Below are positions 12,082 through 24,703 of a stretch of 64,000 nt of DNA, piece after piece. Position 1 is the stretch's first letter. Each line of letters starts with the position of its first letter. This DNA comes from Podarcis muralis. Taxonomy: Eukaryota. The stretch is from the NCBI RefSeq assembly GCF_964188315.1, contig NC_135657.1:70990001-71054000 (forward strand), written 5' to 3'. Position numbers and translations under genes: made by a program. Below the pieces are notes generated by a model, which was given only the letters and a program-made list of their open reading frames with translations, made no database searches and was not told the origin of the DNA.

Positions 12082-13045
12082 ATGGATGTAGCAGTTCCTG
12101 ATGCTTCTGAGAAGCGTATAATCATCCACTCACAAGTTCACAGAGATACTATTCTGGCCAGTTTTGAAGAACAGAGGAGAAAAGATTTTTTGTGTGATAT
12201 CACTTTAATTGTAGAAAATGTTCACTTTAGAGCACACAAAGCTTTACTTGCTGCCAGCAGTGAATATTTCTCCATGATGTTTGTTGATGAGGGAGAGATT
12301 GGCCAGTCGATCTATATGCTGGAAGGAATGGTGTCAGATGCTTTTGGTGCGCTCTTGGAGTTTATCTACACTGGTTCTCTGCAAGCTAGTGAAAAAAGTA
12401 CAGAGCAGATTTTAGCCACAGCTCATCTCCTCAAAGTGAACGATTTAGTAAGGGCTTACACAGAACAGGAGAAGAATTTTAGCAGCACATTATCTGCCAC
12501 GCCTACTAATGGGGGCACAGTAGCTGCCTTGACAAATGACAAGAAAAGTGAAGATCCACCAAAGCGAAAACGTGGAAGACCAAGAAAAGTGAAGAATATC
12601 CAAGAGGAAAAGCTTGGGATATCTGTTGAAGATGCTCAGTTAAGAGAGAACAACTCTGTTCATAATAAGCAAAACTTTATGGATAAAGATGCTGTGGTGG
12701 AAGACAGAGATTCCAATGAGGAGGTTCCTGTAAACCGAGAAGCAAGAGATACTGATCATGCTTGTAGTTCAGATGCTGCGGTGAGTGTCTCCACTGAAAA
12801 AGATGAGAACTATGATCCTAAATGCCAAAGTATACAGGCCAGTCAGAGTCGTTACAGCAAACGAAGGATACAGCGGTCTATCAAGCTAAGAGATTATAAA
12901 CTTACTGGTGATGAAGAGGACAATGGGCTGAAAAAGAGACATGATAGGAGAAGAAAACGTACAGGTTCTGAAGTTGAGTGCAAAGACTGTGGGAAGGTAT
13001 TTAAATATAACCATTTTTTAGCTATTCACCGAAGAAGTCATACGG
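12082..13045 (+). CDS. ZBTB24: ZBTB24 first coding exon (BTB, AT-hook, ZF1)
   Basis: ttacag|caacaATG; donor acgg|gtagg. Confidence 0.95.
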
Positions 13046-13503
13046 GTAGGTACTAATGATCAGTTTATTTCATTCAATAATATAATTGTAGCATACCATA
13101 GCCACAATGCTTCTTAAACTGTGTTTTTTATTGAAATGTTTTAGCTAGCTCTTAAGGTGTAATGTAATTTTTATTGCATGACCATAGGCTAATTATTTAA
13201 CAGTTATATAAGTATATAAATTTAATGAAATCAATCCAGTTACAAATTGGATGAAATCACACACTAAAAATCATTAGATAGTTTAAACAAAAAGTCCATT
13301 TTAAATTTATAAACAATATAGCAGAAAAAATGTTTTTGCACACTCCAAAAGTCGAGAAAACAAAACCCATATGCCAAATAACATCCTATTTATGATATGA
13401 AAAGCAGCTATTGACTCTATATAGACTGCATTCAGATGTTCCTTTTTGTGTATATATATTTTGTTGCATGATACTGCGCAAAATATTTACATAGCATAGA
13501 ATA

Positions 13504-13833
13504 GTAAAGGTAAAGGGACCCCTGACCATTAGGTCCAGTCATGGCTGACTCTGGGATTGTGGCACTCATGTCACTTTATTGGCCAAGGGAGCCGGCATAC
13601 AGCTTCCAGGTTATGTGGCCAGCATGACTAAGCCGCTTCTGGCAAACCAGAGCACAGAAACACCATTTACCTTCCCGCCGGAGTGGTACCTATTTATCTA
13701 CTTGCACTTTGATGTGCTTTCGAACTGCTAGGTTGGCAGGAGCAGAGACCAAGCAATGGGGATTCGAACCACCGACCTTCTGATCGGCAAGTCCTAGGCT
13801 CTGTGGTTTAGCCCACAGCGCCACCCGCGTCCC
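13504..13833 (-). mobile_element. Sauria SINE
   Basis: (GTAAAG)n tail at left; ggtacctatttatctacttgcac core; tRNA-like head gggattcgaacc...cacagcgccacccgcgtccc at right. Confidence 0.92.
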
Positions 13834-14472
13834 TACACATAGCGTAGAATACTGTTGCCTAAATACTGCTTGATTTTTCTTGAATAATCTTTTACCGAAT
13901 CTATTCATCAAAACATTTCATTAAAACTTCAGCATAGAACTTTGGCAAGCTCTTAACTTTCAGAAGAGGAACTGATGAAGATGGTTTCTCCATAATATTT
14001 TTCTGAATATTCACCCCCTCCCCGCAACGTAATGCAATAATGGCCAGCTGCTATGGTTTATGGGGATGGCAGTGGACTCACATTGTCGTGATCATTCATT
14101 GCCCCAATGCATCTTGACTGGGAAGGTCTGCTTTCTAAGCTGAAGAACCCAGCAGGCACTGTCCCAATGCAAAAAGAAAGTCTAATGTTTCCATCATCTG
14201 CTGTATAACTTATTGGTAAATTTTGCAAAGTCAAAACATGTATGCTACTGCTGAATTTATAAGATAACAATTGCATAATTGTTGTTATTAATTAATAACT
14301 TTACACAGATCCTTACAATAGTGTGTATAGCTGTGGTTTGCAAATCAGGAAGTCCATAGATTAAGTCAGCGGCCTTTGGCATAGCCCTGATTCTTTGCCG
14401 TTCCATTGGCAGTGTGATAATATTAATACTGAGCAACCTTGCAGGGCAGTTGTTAGGATTCCTGAGAAAATA

Positions 14473-14660
14473 CCATATTTACTCAAATGTAATGTACACC
14501 TTTTTGGGCCAAATCATGTCATGAAAATGAGGGTGTACATTAGATTTGATTGCAAGCTTGAAAAACAACGCTGAGGTAGCAAACACTTTTTTGGTTTAAA
14601 GGTTTTGAAAATTGAGGTGCACATTAGATTTGATGGTGCATTAGATTTGCGTAAATACAG
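14473..14660. mobile_element. Mariner-type MITE
   Basis: Imperfect TIRs ccatatttactcaaatgtaatg / cattagatttgcgtaaatacag with flanking TA. Confidence 0.7.
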
Positions 14661-14816
14661 TATGTGAAGCACTTTGAATACCATCAAGTTATTAATAATG
14701 ATTTCATGATAACCATTCAATTTATTTTTCTTAACCTACAGTTTTGAAAAAATGTTTGGGGTTTTCTTTTAAATAATGTGGTTTGAAGCATCTTTCTGTC
14801 AACTTGAATTGTCTAA

Positions 14817-15056
<240 letters not shown>

Positions 15057-15655
15057 TAAATTAATTCACGAATAATTGTTTGTTTAGATCAGTTCCTAGA
15101 TCCATTAAGCCCAACATTGTTTCCAACTGCAGAATGCCTGAGGCCTCTGGGCCCTTACAAAGTAGTACATGAAGGTTTTGGCTAATCCTGATATCCAGCT
15201 TAAGTTGTACTCAGAATGGGCCCTCTGAAATCTGTTGAATTCAGTGGGTCTATTCCATGTATGACTAACATAATGGGTATCATTCCTAATGCTTTGTCCT
15301 CAGCATCTGGTATACTGCCTCTGCACACACAAGTGCAGTTTAGCTGGTATAGACTTTATCCTTCATGAACTGGTTGAATCCTTTTAAAAAGCTTTCTAGG
15401 CTGTTCTCCATCACCACATGTTGTGGAGTAACTTTCCTGTTAATTACACATATAAGGCTCTCTGAATTCCCTCAGGAATAAGCCCCATTGAAGACAGGGG
15501 GACCTGCCTCTGAATAAACATGCACAGGATTGTTTTTGCTTGGTGTTTAGTTGTATGTTTGAGTAAGACCCAGACCAAACATAATATAAGCTATGCAGTG
15601 ATATCTGTTGCGATTTCTTTGAAATATCTTCTAAACTCCTCTGTTTTTCTTTCAG

Positions 15656-15739
15656 GTCAGAAGGCTTTTACTTGTGATCAGTGTGGAAAATACTTCAGCC
15701 AAAAGAGACAACTTAAGAGTCATTACAGAGTTCACACAG
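15656..15739 (+). CDS. ZBTB24: ZBTB24 exon (ZF4)
   Basis: [27 protein letters not shown]; 84 nt. Confidence 0.95.
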
Positions 15740-16605
15740 GTATAACAAATTTAAGAGGCATGGTGGATTTTGTTGGAATTTTTTTAACACATTGTCTTTC
15801 TTACGTTTTTCAAATGAGTCTCTTTTTAATAACTGTATCAAGCTATCAGAGGGTTTTTTATATATTAGTTCTATGGCAAGGAGGAATGTGAGTCTTTTGA
15901 ATGCTTAGCTTGAATATTCCCATCTTTGAGGCTATTCCAGAGTTGAGGATACCACCTCAAGGTGACTTTGTGTACAAGCATGGACAGGAGTGTGAGCCAC
16001 ACTTCCTTTAGACACACTTCTAGGACAACATAACTTTTCTTGTGAAGAGTGCAACTACTGCTCCCATGCATTACCCAATGGGGGAGATGTATGATTACAA
16101 CTTTGCACATCCCTTCTCCATCCCAAAGCACAGTAAAAGTAGCATGAATTTCCTTGTGCTTTATGCTTCTACATTCTTCATGATGTTCTAACCTATACAC
16201 TTTGGGTTACAGTGCCTATATGTGTGTAGCACCTCTGGTCTTGGGCTCCAGAGGTAAGCTAGGAGTGGCAAACATGATCCACAGAAACCTATGTTAACTT
16301 TAATGTTCTGCTGCCTCTCTAATACTCTGCTGTCAGTAGAATTTAAAACAACTAATGTTGTGATGGAAACAATATTTAACCAACTCAAATCTCTCTGAAT
16401 ACCAGAAAATAATGTTCTTTCTATAACTGCCTTGTGCTGCTTCTCTTAACTGTGGCATTGGTTTGATTCAGGATATGTCAGATTTGTATGTTTGTGTGCT
16501 ACCTTGACAACGCTGTTGGACCAAAGGGCAGGACAGACATTTTAATAAATAATAGTAATAGACTCAGAAAAGATAATGGATACCTATTTTTCTTTTTGTA
16601 ATAAG

Positions 16606-16689
16606 GCCATTCTTTGCCGGAATGTAACCTGTGTCATCGCAAATTCATGGATGCAGCTCAGTTAAAGAAACATTTAAGAACACATACAG
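16606..16689 (+). CDS. ZBTB24: ZBTB24 exon (ZF5)
   Basis: [27 protein letters not shown]; 84 nt. Confidence 0.93.
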
Positions 16690-17983
16690 GTAATGCCCTT
16701 CCATATTTCTTTCAGAGAAGAGACAGCTGTCCTTTGGGTTTGGGCTCTGGGCATAGCAGTGTGCTGGAACACGCAAGCCTATAGTTAGTGTCAGGTCAAA
16801 TAAGAGATCTGCCCTCCTACTGGGAGAGTTTAGCACCAGCTAGGCACAAATTGATATTCACATTGGGAGTGTTGATGCACAGCTGAATTGGAAGAGACAG
16901 CAATATGCCCCAGAGAATAAATGAGGTTGAAATGGATTTTAATCTGGATTGGTGAATCCTAAACAGCGCCAAATCCATAATGTGCAGGACTTTACTGATA
17001 CAAAGCAGATTCCTTGAGTTTCTTTTAGAGAACAGAGGGATGTGGAAGCTATGTGATTGAAAACCATGAGCAGAATGACAAAAAAGAAATATGGATAAGC
17101 GCTTGTAGGATTTATTAGTCACTTGTTTGTAAGAAAGTCTCCAAGCTACTTACATTTAAAAACATAAATACATTGTGCCATTTTAAAAAGAAGAAAGGCC
17201 ATATAAAACATTAACAGTTTTCAGTCATTCAAACAACGCCCCCCACCAAAACCAAATAAAGCATTGTTTTTCAACAAAATGAAGTGTTATACTGTGAAAC
17301 GTTTCTGTAAGCTTCCTTCTCATGTTACCTCAGTGGTATGGGACCTTCCAGTAACATTGAAGGACTTAAGCTGTGTGGAAGGAAGCCACAATGCTATATT
17401 CCTTCCCAGGCTAGCATAGGTTCAACTTCCAGGAGAAGCAATGCTTGCAGGAAAAGGGGCTGCATGCGCTGTGAATACCTTCCATATTGTCTAGCAACAT
17501 TTTAGGAACAGTACAGAAGGAATACTTGATGCAGCTGCTGACATCCAAAGCGACTTTGATGAGGAAGAAGAACATGATGGATTCTATCGCTCTTCTTTTT
17601 TGTGTGTTGATTAGCCATGAGATTTGTTGAATATTACTTAGATGAAAAAGAGTCCCTTCTTTTCCAGTGCTCTTTAAATTCTAACAGGCTTTCCAGTTAA
17701 TCCCAAATTTATTGCCACGATTATCTCCCTACAGCCAGAGTACTCCCTATATGTGGTAGCTGCTATTATATTTGATGCTCTGCAGTCATAGCTCTTGGTA
17801 TGTTCCATCACAAACAGTGTGCTGGTATAATAATAGTTAGAGTGGTGCTGTTGTTTCGTTAGTAAGATATTGCTCAGATGTCAAAGTCTGACACACTGTA
17901 ATTGAGTGTATTTTTTAAAATCATGCTAGCCTTTAATTAAACAGTGGTATCTTGCTGTTACACTAACCAACATGTTTTTGTAG

Positions 17984-18065
17984 GTGAAAAGCCATTTACA
18001 TGTGAAATTTGTGGCAAGTCCTTCACAGCAAAAAGCTCTCTCCAGACTCACATAAGAATCCACAG
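17984..18065 (+). CDS. ZBTB24: ZBTB24 exon (ZF6)
   Basis: [26 protein letters not shown]; 82 nt. Confidence 0.95.
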
Positions 18066-19061
18066 GTATGCTATTCCTCCTTTTGTTTTGTGTGGTTGCA
18101 TGTCAGGAACTAGTTTTTTTAATGGGAAATGCTTTGAGTCTAAATTGTTGCAGACTGGGTGTCCACTGTAACTACAGAAGTTGAATATGGGATTTTTTTT
18201 AACAGTTTAAAAGCTGACCTTGTACCCCAAAGGTATACTAAAATTTGTGTTCTGTAGGCCAGCTACAAATCATAGTATACAAAAACAGGAGTCTTTAGCC
18301 AATGCTCAGCCTGCTCAGAGTAGATCCACTGAAATTAATTGACATGACCAACTTAATTTTATTTGGCTTACTCTGAGTAGAACTTAGTTGGATAATGATT
18401 TGGTCACTCACGAAGGGCTTTGGAAGGCTACCGTTAAAAGGTTGGGAAGATGGGGATGCAGAAAATGTGATGGGAACATGGAAGGAGTGCAATGTCTTTT
18501 CAGTTCAGCTTCCCATCTGATCTCAAATTGCAGGAAAGGCAACTGTTTGCTGCAAGGCAGTGTGGAAGACGATGATGGTGTCATGCCACCCTTAGTGGCA
18601 GCCTGGAGTAGAAGGGAAAAGAAAATGAAAGCCAGTCTGGCCTTGCCTACTTAGCATTCTGCAAGCTCTTCCCAACTCCTATCAGTGTGCTCATCACAAT
18701 GATGGGGACTTTGCTGATGTAATACAGCTTTATCAGCACTCTCAAAATACTCCCTGTTCCCAAGACATTTCTAGCCACATTCTGGCAGTCTTCTAAATAA
18801 CAGCAGCTTAAATGTGTATATGGAAGCAAGGGGGCCCTGTAGGCCTGGCTGTGGCCTGCGCTGTAGCCTGCCCACCTCGTTACTAGGCTGCTGTCTACAT
18901 GCCAACTTGGTAAACTAGAGATAAAACCATACCAAGGCAATGCGGACAACATAAGTACACTGGGGTGATCCTGTCTTGTACTGCATTATGAAATTTTGTG
19001 AAATGTCTGTATCCTCCAAGCTTTCACGTACTTGATGAAGCTAACCTGCCTTCCCTTGCAG

Positions 19062-19887
19062 AGGAGAAAAACCTTACACATGCAGCATTTGTGGGAAATC
19101 CTTTTCTGATTCCAGTGCCAAGAGGAGACACTGTATCTTACACACTGGCAAAAAGCCCTTTTCTTGCTCGGAGTGCAGCGTGCAGTTTGCGCGCCTAGAC
19201 AATTTGAAGTCACATTTGAAGATCCACATCAAAGAAAAGCAGCTACAGGAAGCAAGCAGTGCTCCCCACAGCAGCAGCAGCAGCAACACCACAGACGAAG
19301 TCAGGAACATTCTTCAGTTGCAGCAGTATCAACTCTCCACTTCTGGAGCGCAGGAGATCCAGCTGCTGGTCACAGATTCTGTGCACAATATCAATTTTGT
19401 GCCCAGCCATAGCGAAGGTATTAGTGTTGTCACTGCAGATGGCACCCAAAATGTGATGACGGACCATGCAGGCAGTCTTACCCTTCTCACTCAGCCACCC
19501 CAGCAGCTACAGAACTTGCTCCTTTCCACCCAGCCAGAGCCAGCAGACCAGATTCAGAATATTAACATTGTGAGCAGCCAGATGGAGCCTCCACAGGCTG
19601 AGCAAGTGCACGTCATCACGCTCTCTAAAGAAGCCCTGGAGCATCTACATGCCAATCAGAATCCAGCAGAAGTGCTCCAGATCACCACAGGAACATCACA
19701 TCCAAGCCAGCACCTGCAGGTGCCTCAGGAACCTAGCCAGGAGTTTCGCATCAGCCAAGCTACAGTCCTACCTCCTCAAATGAGCAAGGGACAGACTCAA
19801 ACTGTACATGTCTCTGAATCACCTCAGCAGTCTCTGACTGTAGGCCAGTCATCTGATGATCATCATATTGAGAGGCAGACTTTTTAA
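19062..19887 (+). CDS. ZBTB24: ZBTB24 last coding exon (ZF7-8 and Q-rich tail)
   Basis: [55 protein letters not shown]...; TAA at 19885-19887. Confidence 0.95.
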
Positions 19888-21490
19888 AATAAGGGTTGTT
19901 TTGCTTCTTTATTTATTTCTCAAAAGTGAAATGACGTCAAACCAAGTCATATTTCATCTATCTATTTAAGATTGCATTTTGGTAATACTGATGGTTCACT
20001 TTATTGTAAAGCTGAGTATTTTTTATTTTTATGTTTTCTTAACTTAAATATATATTGATAGGGTGATTTCATAGTCAAGACCCATGCCTATTTTGCCTGA
20101 ACTGCAATAATTATTGAGATACTGTTGGTGGGATCCAACCATTTTAGCTGTTTCAGTGGAAAAGAGCTTTTCACTTGCTCCCATTTAAGCTGATTGGATG
20201 TAAAAATTAACTTCACCTGGATCATGCACTGTATAATTATGTGCTTGTGTTCAGAGTTCTACTTTGCTCTTGGATATCTACAGAAGAATTATTTTCTTTT
20301 TCCTTCCTTCCTTCCTTCCTTCCTTCCTTCCCCATGAAAAAGTAGTTGTGCTTATTTATGTGCATTACAATGGCAAGCCGGACCATACATATTGCCATTT
20401 TATATGTGCAAATACATGTGCAATATTGCCAGTTAAACCACAATTTCCAATCCAGTTTTAAAATTTGTCTCGACGTATAAGCATATGTGTGTAATTTCCA
20501 AAGGATGGAAGTGTAAAGTTGGACTTCTGACCACGTGTAGACAGGCCATCCTGAAAAGTGCCACCTACAGGCTTAAAGAAAATTGTTTTTCTTGTTTGGG
20601 TTTTACATTAGGCTTTGCCGATTCAATTCATGATTCACCTCTAGTTGTATATAGGCCTAATTCAAATTCAACAGTAAGCCATGGTTTATTAGACCAACAA
20701 GTGTTGTGACTGTGTACCCCTCTCTTCCATCCTATTTTCTCTCTTGCATCTTGATGCAATGCATATGGGATTTCTTAAATGACAGTTTCTGATTATGAAC
20801 TCGGACACAGTTGTTTAAGCAGCGGGGAGGGAACGTGAAGACATAGCATTCATTCTCAGTCTGCTAAACGACTGCTTTACTGGACCTGAAATAGACCATA
20901 GTCTAGTTCTGCTTGTTGTGGAGAGGAATTCATATTCTACTTCAATAATACACTGTTGGCAGATAGCCACTCTCTGATAAACATTTTGATGTGCATTTGG
21001 CCTCTGCTTTTTCATTTCTTGGTCCAGCTTGCACAACAGTTTGCATATCCAACCACCATTCTTCTGGGAGGTTGGAAGTAAATCTGATACAATTGACCAT
21101 AAGGAAGCTTCAACAGCATTGTCTGCACCAGTGGAATAATACTATCAATGTGGGAAGTAGAACCTTCCAGGTTATCTTGGCACCCTTGTGTTATCCATGC
21201 TTAACGGTTGGATGTGGTGCTAAGCTGTGTTAAGGAGAGGTGCTTTTGACACAGCCAAAGTTAAGGACAAATCTTATGTCATATCATGTCTGCAATCACC
21301 CATGTACCTATTCTCTGCAATACGGTGGGCACAAAAAATGTGTCACTTGCAATCAGTGCATCTTTTGACTGTTTTTGTCATGTTACTCACTTTTACCCAG
21401 AGACCATGCGGTGATGCATATGTGGAGCTACACAATCAAATCCTCCTCTTCACTACCATGGAGCAATGTGTCCAGAACGCCTCTCTGTGA

Positions 21491-21493
21491 ACA

Positions 21494-21540
<47 letters not shown>
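21491..21540. repeat. Compound microsatellite (AC)10(AG)15
   Basis: Read directly; lies in the putative ZBTB24 3'UTR. Confidence 0.95.
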
Positions 21541-21543
<3 letters not shown>

Positions 21544-22799
21544 TGTCCTGTCTAGTGAAGTAAATACAAAAGCCTTGGGGAGTGTAGTAAGGACCCTACC
21601 ACAAATTGCTGGTATTACATAAGAATGTTCCTTGTGTAAACATTCAAACATGTTCCTCTTACAAAGGTGATATAATGTGATGATGAGAATAAGCTATTAA
21701 TAATCTTTGATTCAGTTACTCACTCTGCCGATATTATATTTATAGCCAAATCGTAAACTTTCTGTGCCTTAGCTTTTACAACAGAAAAGCTTTTACAGCA
21801 AAAAAAAAAAAAGATGAAATGAACATTCATCATCTCTGCAAAACAACATAATTACTTTCAAATGTTAAAAATAAGTGCAGGATACTTAATCACATATTTA
21901 AATTTTAAACACAGCTTCATATTTTGCCTTGAGAACACAATACTGTTTTTATTCTAGGTTAAAAATGGTTTCATAATTAAAGATTTAAGATGGCACAAAT
22001 CTCAAATGGTTTCTTAAAAACTATAACTCTTTAATTGGTAACAGTAAAAATACAGCATAAATATCAAAGTTTAAATGGATTTTTTAAAAAAAGAATGTTA
22101 TTTTAAAAAATTCAAAGGGGGAAAGTTGGAAAAGAAAGACATAATTTCAGGGGGATAAATTTTCAAATTGTAACAGTTCTTTCTCTGACTTTATAATTCT
22201 GTTGTGACTGATGCAGTTGCAAAAATAAATCACTAGATGAAGGGGAAATAATGCTGTTTCCTCAGTTAAGGGTTAAATTTTCATGCTTATACATATTTAC
22301 TCTTGTATGTGAAATGGAACTGTTTCTCCTTTAAAATAAAAACAATGCATAAATTCATCCTTCTAGCATTTTTCTCTGTGTAGTTTATCTGCATGCTGCT
22401 AACGCTTCTTCCTAGCCAGGAGCTCATTTGCATCCTGTTTGTGTCAACCTTTTCCCCCAGTCAGATTTTCTGATTATGCTCCTGCAATATGAATGAGAAG
22501 CATATAAACCATTTTTTCTAGAGATCGTAAATATTTACATAAAATTAAAGGTAAAGCAATGTTGTTATTTTATAAAATCATCCAGTTAGAAAAGTAACAT
22601 TCATTTGACTTGCTTCTGCGTATTTCCAGTAATGGAAAATAATGTTACGCATCTACGACCTAGATAGTTGCTACAAGAATGAATAAAGTTATGAGTTATC
22701 CAGAAAACTGGTTCCAATAACAGTAAAAGCATTAAAATGATTTTTTATTATTTTTGCTTTACCCTGGAATACTTTCATGTGCTTAATGTGTCACATTGT

Positions 22800-22960
22800 T
22801 CCCTGGGAACAGGGATTGATTGCTAAACCACTCTGAGAACTGTAGCTCTGGGAGTGGAACAGGAGTCTCCTAACAACTCTCAGGACCCTTAACGAACTGC
22901 AGTTGCCAGGATTTTTAGGAATTATTACTGATTAAAGTGGTATACTATAAATGTATAAAT
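22800..22960. mobile_element. Lizard non-autonomous DNA-element fragment (related copy at about 33210-33355)
   Basis: Shared core aactrcagttsccaggatt between the two copies. Confidence 0.55.
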
Positions 22961-23083
22961 TATGACTGTATGGCAAAAATGTACAACAATAATGCAACTG
23001 TCAAAATAAATTGTACATAAATATTTTACTTACTTAAAATGTACCCTCTGTCAATTTTATATTCTTCCAAGCTGCCTACATAG

Positions 23084-23089
23084 AATAAA
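23084..23089 (+). terminator. Candidate ZBTB24 polyadenylation signal
   Basis: AATAAA preceded by several TGTA motifs (22952-23043); alternative AATAAA at 23268 and 23450. Confidence 0.5.
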
Positions 23090-23589
23090 TGTGCCATTTA
23101 TATATATGTAATCATTTAAGTAGGGCCGTGATTTGAAGTACAGCAGGGCAAAAAAAAATTAATCGGAGTAGCTCTTATCTGCTATTCTAAAATCACTGGC
23201 ATCTGCAATAGGTTTTTTTTTAAAGGGTTTATAAATTAATACAAAATATTGCCATAAATAGTTACCCAATAAAAACGAGGGATATCTACAATAATTGTAT
23301 GAGACCTTAGACCATTTTTATAGATCTCACTTTGCTAGGCATAGCTTAATATGTCACGGCACTGTCACCTGTACAACATGAGAATTATTTAGGTGAAATG
23401 TTTGGATTCTGCAATCTTACCTCAATCAGCATCACAACTAAAAAATAATAATAAAGTTACAATCTCTCACTAACTGCAGTAAAAAAATCTGAACAATGTA
23501 TAACATTCCCCAACATCGGATTTACGATCACTCACAAGCTACAAGGTGATTGGTTCTGTCATCTTGTGCTGTAGAAATACTAAAGAAAC

Positions 23590-23665
23590 CAAGGACCAAT
23601 CACAGGCTAGCAGAACTCAGAGTGGCACAGAATGCTTGCATCTGATTGGAGTCGCTATAGGGACC
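23590..23665 (+). promoter_or_regulatory. PPIL6: PPIL6 proximal promoter: two opposed CCAAT boxes and an X-box-like motif
   Basis: ACCAATCA at about 23595, CTGATTGG at about 23642, GTCGCTATAGGGAC at 23651-23664; 100-170 nt upstream of the ATG; no CpG island. Confidence 0.5.
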
Positions 23666-23761
23666 AGGATTGTTTTTATTCCTTCTCCCGGATGTTTGAG
23701 GGGAAGGAGGCAACTGAGGCAGCAAGGAGAAGAGGAGAAAAGACAGAAAACTTTGTGAAGG

Positions 23762-23863
23762 ATGTGGAGAAAGGGTGCTGTGCAGCCTGCGAGGCTGCAA
23801 GAGGTGGAGGTTGTAGGGCTTCTCACAGAACCCTCCTTTCACATGGCAAAATGTGCAGCAGAG
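23762..23863 (+). CDS. PPIL6: PPIL6 exon 1 (missed by the ORF track)
   Basis: MWRKGAVQPARLQEVEVVGLLTEPSFHMAKCAAE|gtacgt; in-frame TGA 6 nt upstream fixes the start. Confidence 0.85.
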
Positions 23864-24506
23864 GTACGTAAGTTGCAGGCCTTTTTTCTTCCTACTGGAG
23901 CCACTTGCTAACATCATTCTTCCTCTTTTTTTCCTTGTGTGGTCTTTATGTAGACTGTATTCCTCAGCTGTTGTATTACGTATAGTTGCAGTTGCAGAGT
24001 ACAAAGCACATCCTTCCAAAGCACAGTTGTGGAATGGGCTCTCCTCACCAAAAAAAAAGAAGAAAATGGGGGGAAAAGCTTAATTAAGAAATTTGCCACT
24101 TCCATTTGGCTTATCTGAGTACCCTCTTGTAATATTTTATGATGATACAAGTTTTCCAGAAAATTTTGAATTGGAAATTATACATGAATTAGGGTAATTT
24201 GCATAAGGTAATTTGCATCAGAAAATTATCAGTTTGAATGGGAATATATTTATTTTCATTGTATTCAGTAACCAAACTAAACATTTTGAAACTGCCAAAC
24301 TTGCCTAATACTGCAGTTGGCTTCCATTCACTGTTACTAATGAACAGATGAAATGGATTTTTTTTCCTGCAGAGAAATGAAGCACTGGGAAATTTTCTGT
24401 GCCACATCATTGATATTTTATCAACCTTTGCTTGATAAAAATTATCCTTTAACATTTAATCCACAGAACTGAAACTGCAGTCTGTGGTAAACCCAAGACT
24501 TTAAAG

Positions 24507-24703
24507 CAGAGCTTTTCATGTTGGTGACATACTTTTTAGAAATGCATCATTTCGCGACACAGTAATTCAATTTTACTAGCAAAGCGGAGGTTAAACTAAC
24601 CCCTTTCCAGCCCCAGGAGGAGTGCGGGGAGCATTTTTGTGACACACCTACACACTGCAGCCGACACAGTAATGTGTCGCGACACACAGTTTAGAAAGCT
24701 CTG
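24507..24703. mobile_element. hAT-type MITE
   Basis: TIR CAGAGCTTT...AAAGCTCTG; 8-bp TSD CTTTAAAG / CTTTCAAG. Confidence 0.8.

Noticed and set aside
18537-18960. 101-aa minus-strand ORF in ZBTB24 intron 6
   Set aside because: No recognisable family or splice context; most likely a decayed repeat.
20815-21036. ORF containing LDQE, considered as a MICAL1 remnant
   Set aside because: Wrong strand for syntenic MICAL1, only four matching residues, no splice signals, and inside the presumed ZBTB24 3'UTR.
21700-23500. Possible minus-strand 3'UTR of a hidden gene (TATTTAT motifs on the reverse strand)
   Set aside because: No upstream minus-strand coding exon was found, and the plus-strand UGUA/AATAAA layout fits the ZBTB24 3'UTR better.
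23853-24083. Hydrophobic 76-aa ORF resembling a small membrane protein
   Set aside because: It begins across the PPIL6 exon 1 donor in another frame; the hydrophobicity comes from T-rich intron sequence.
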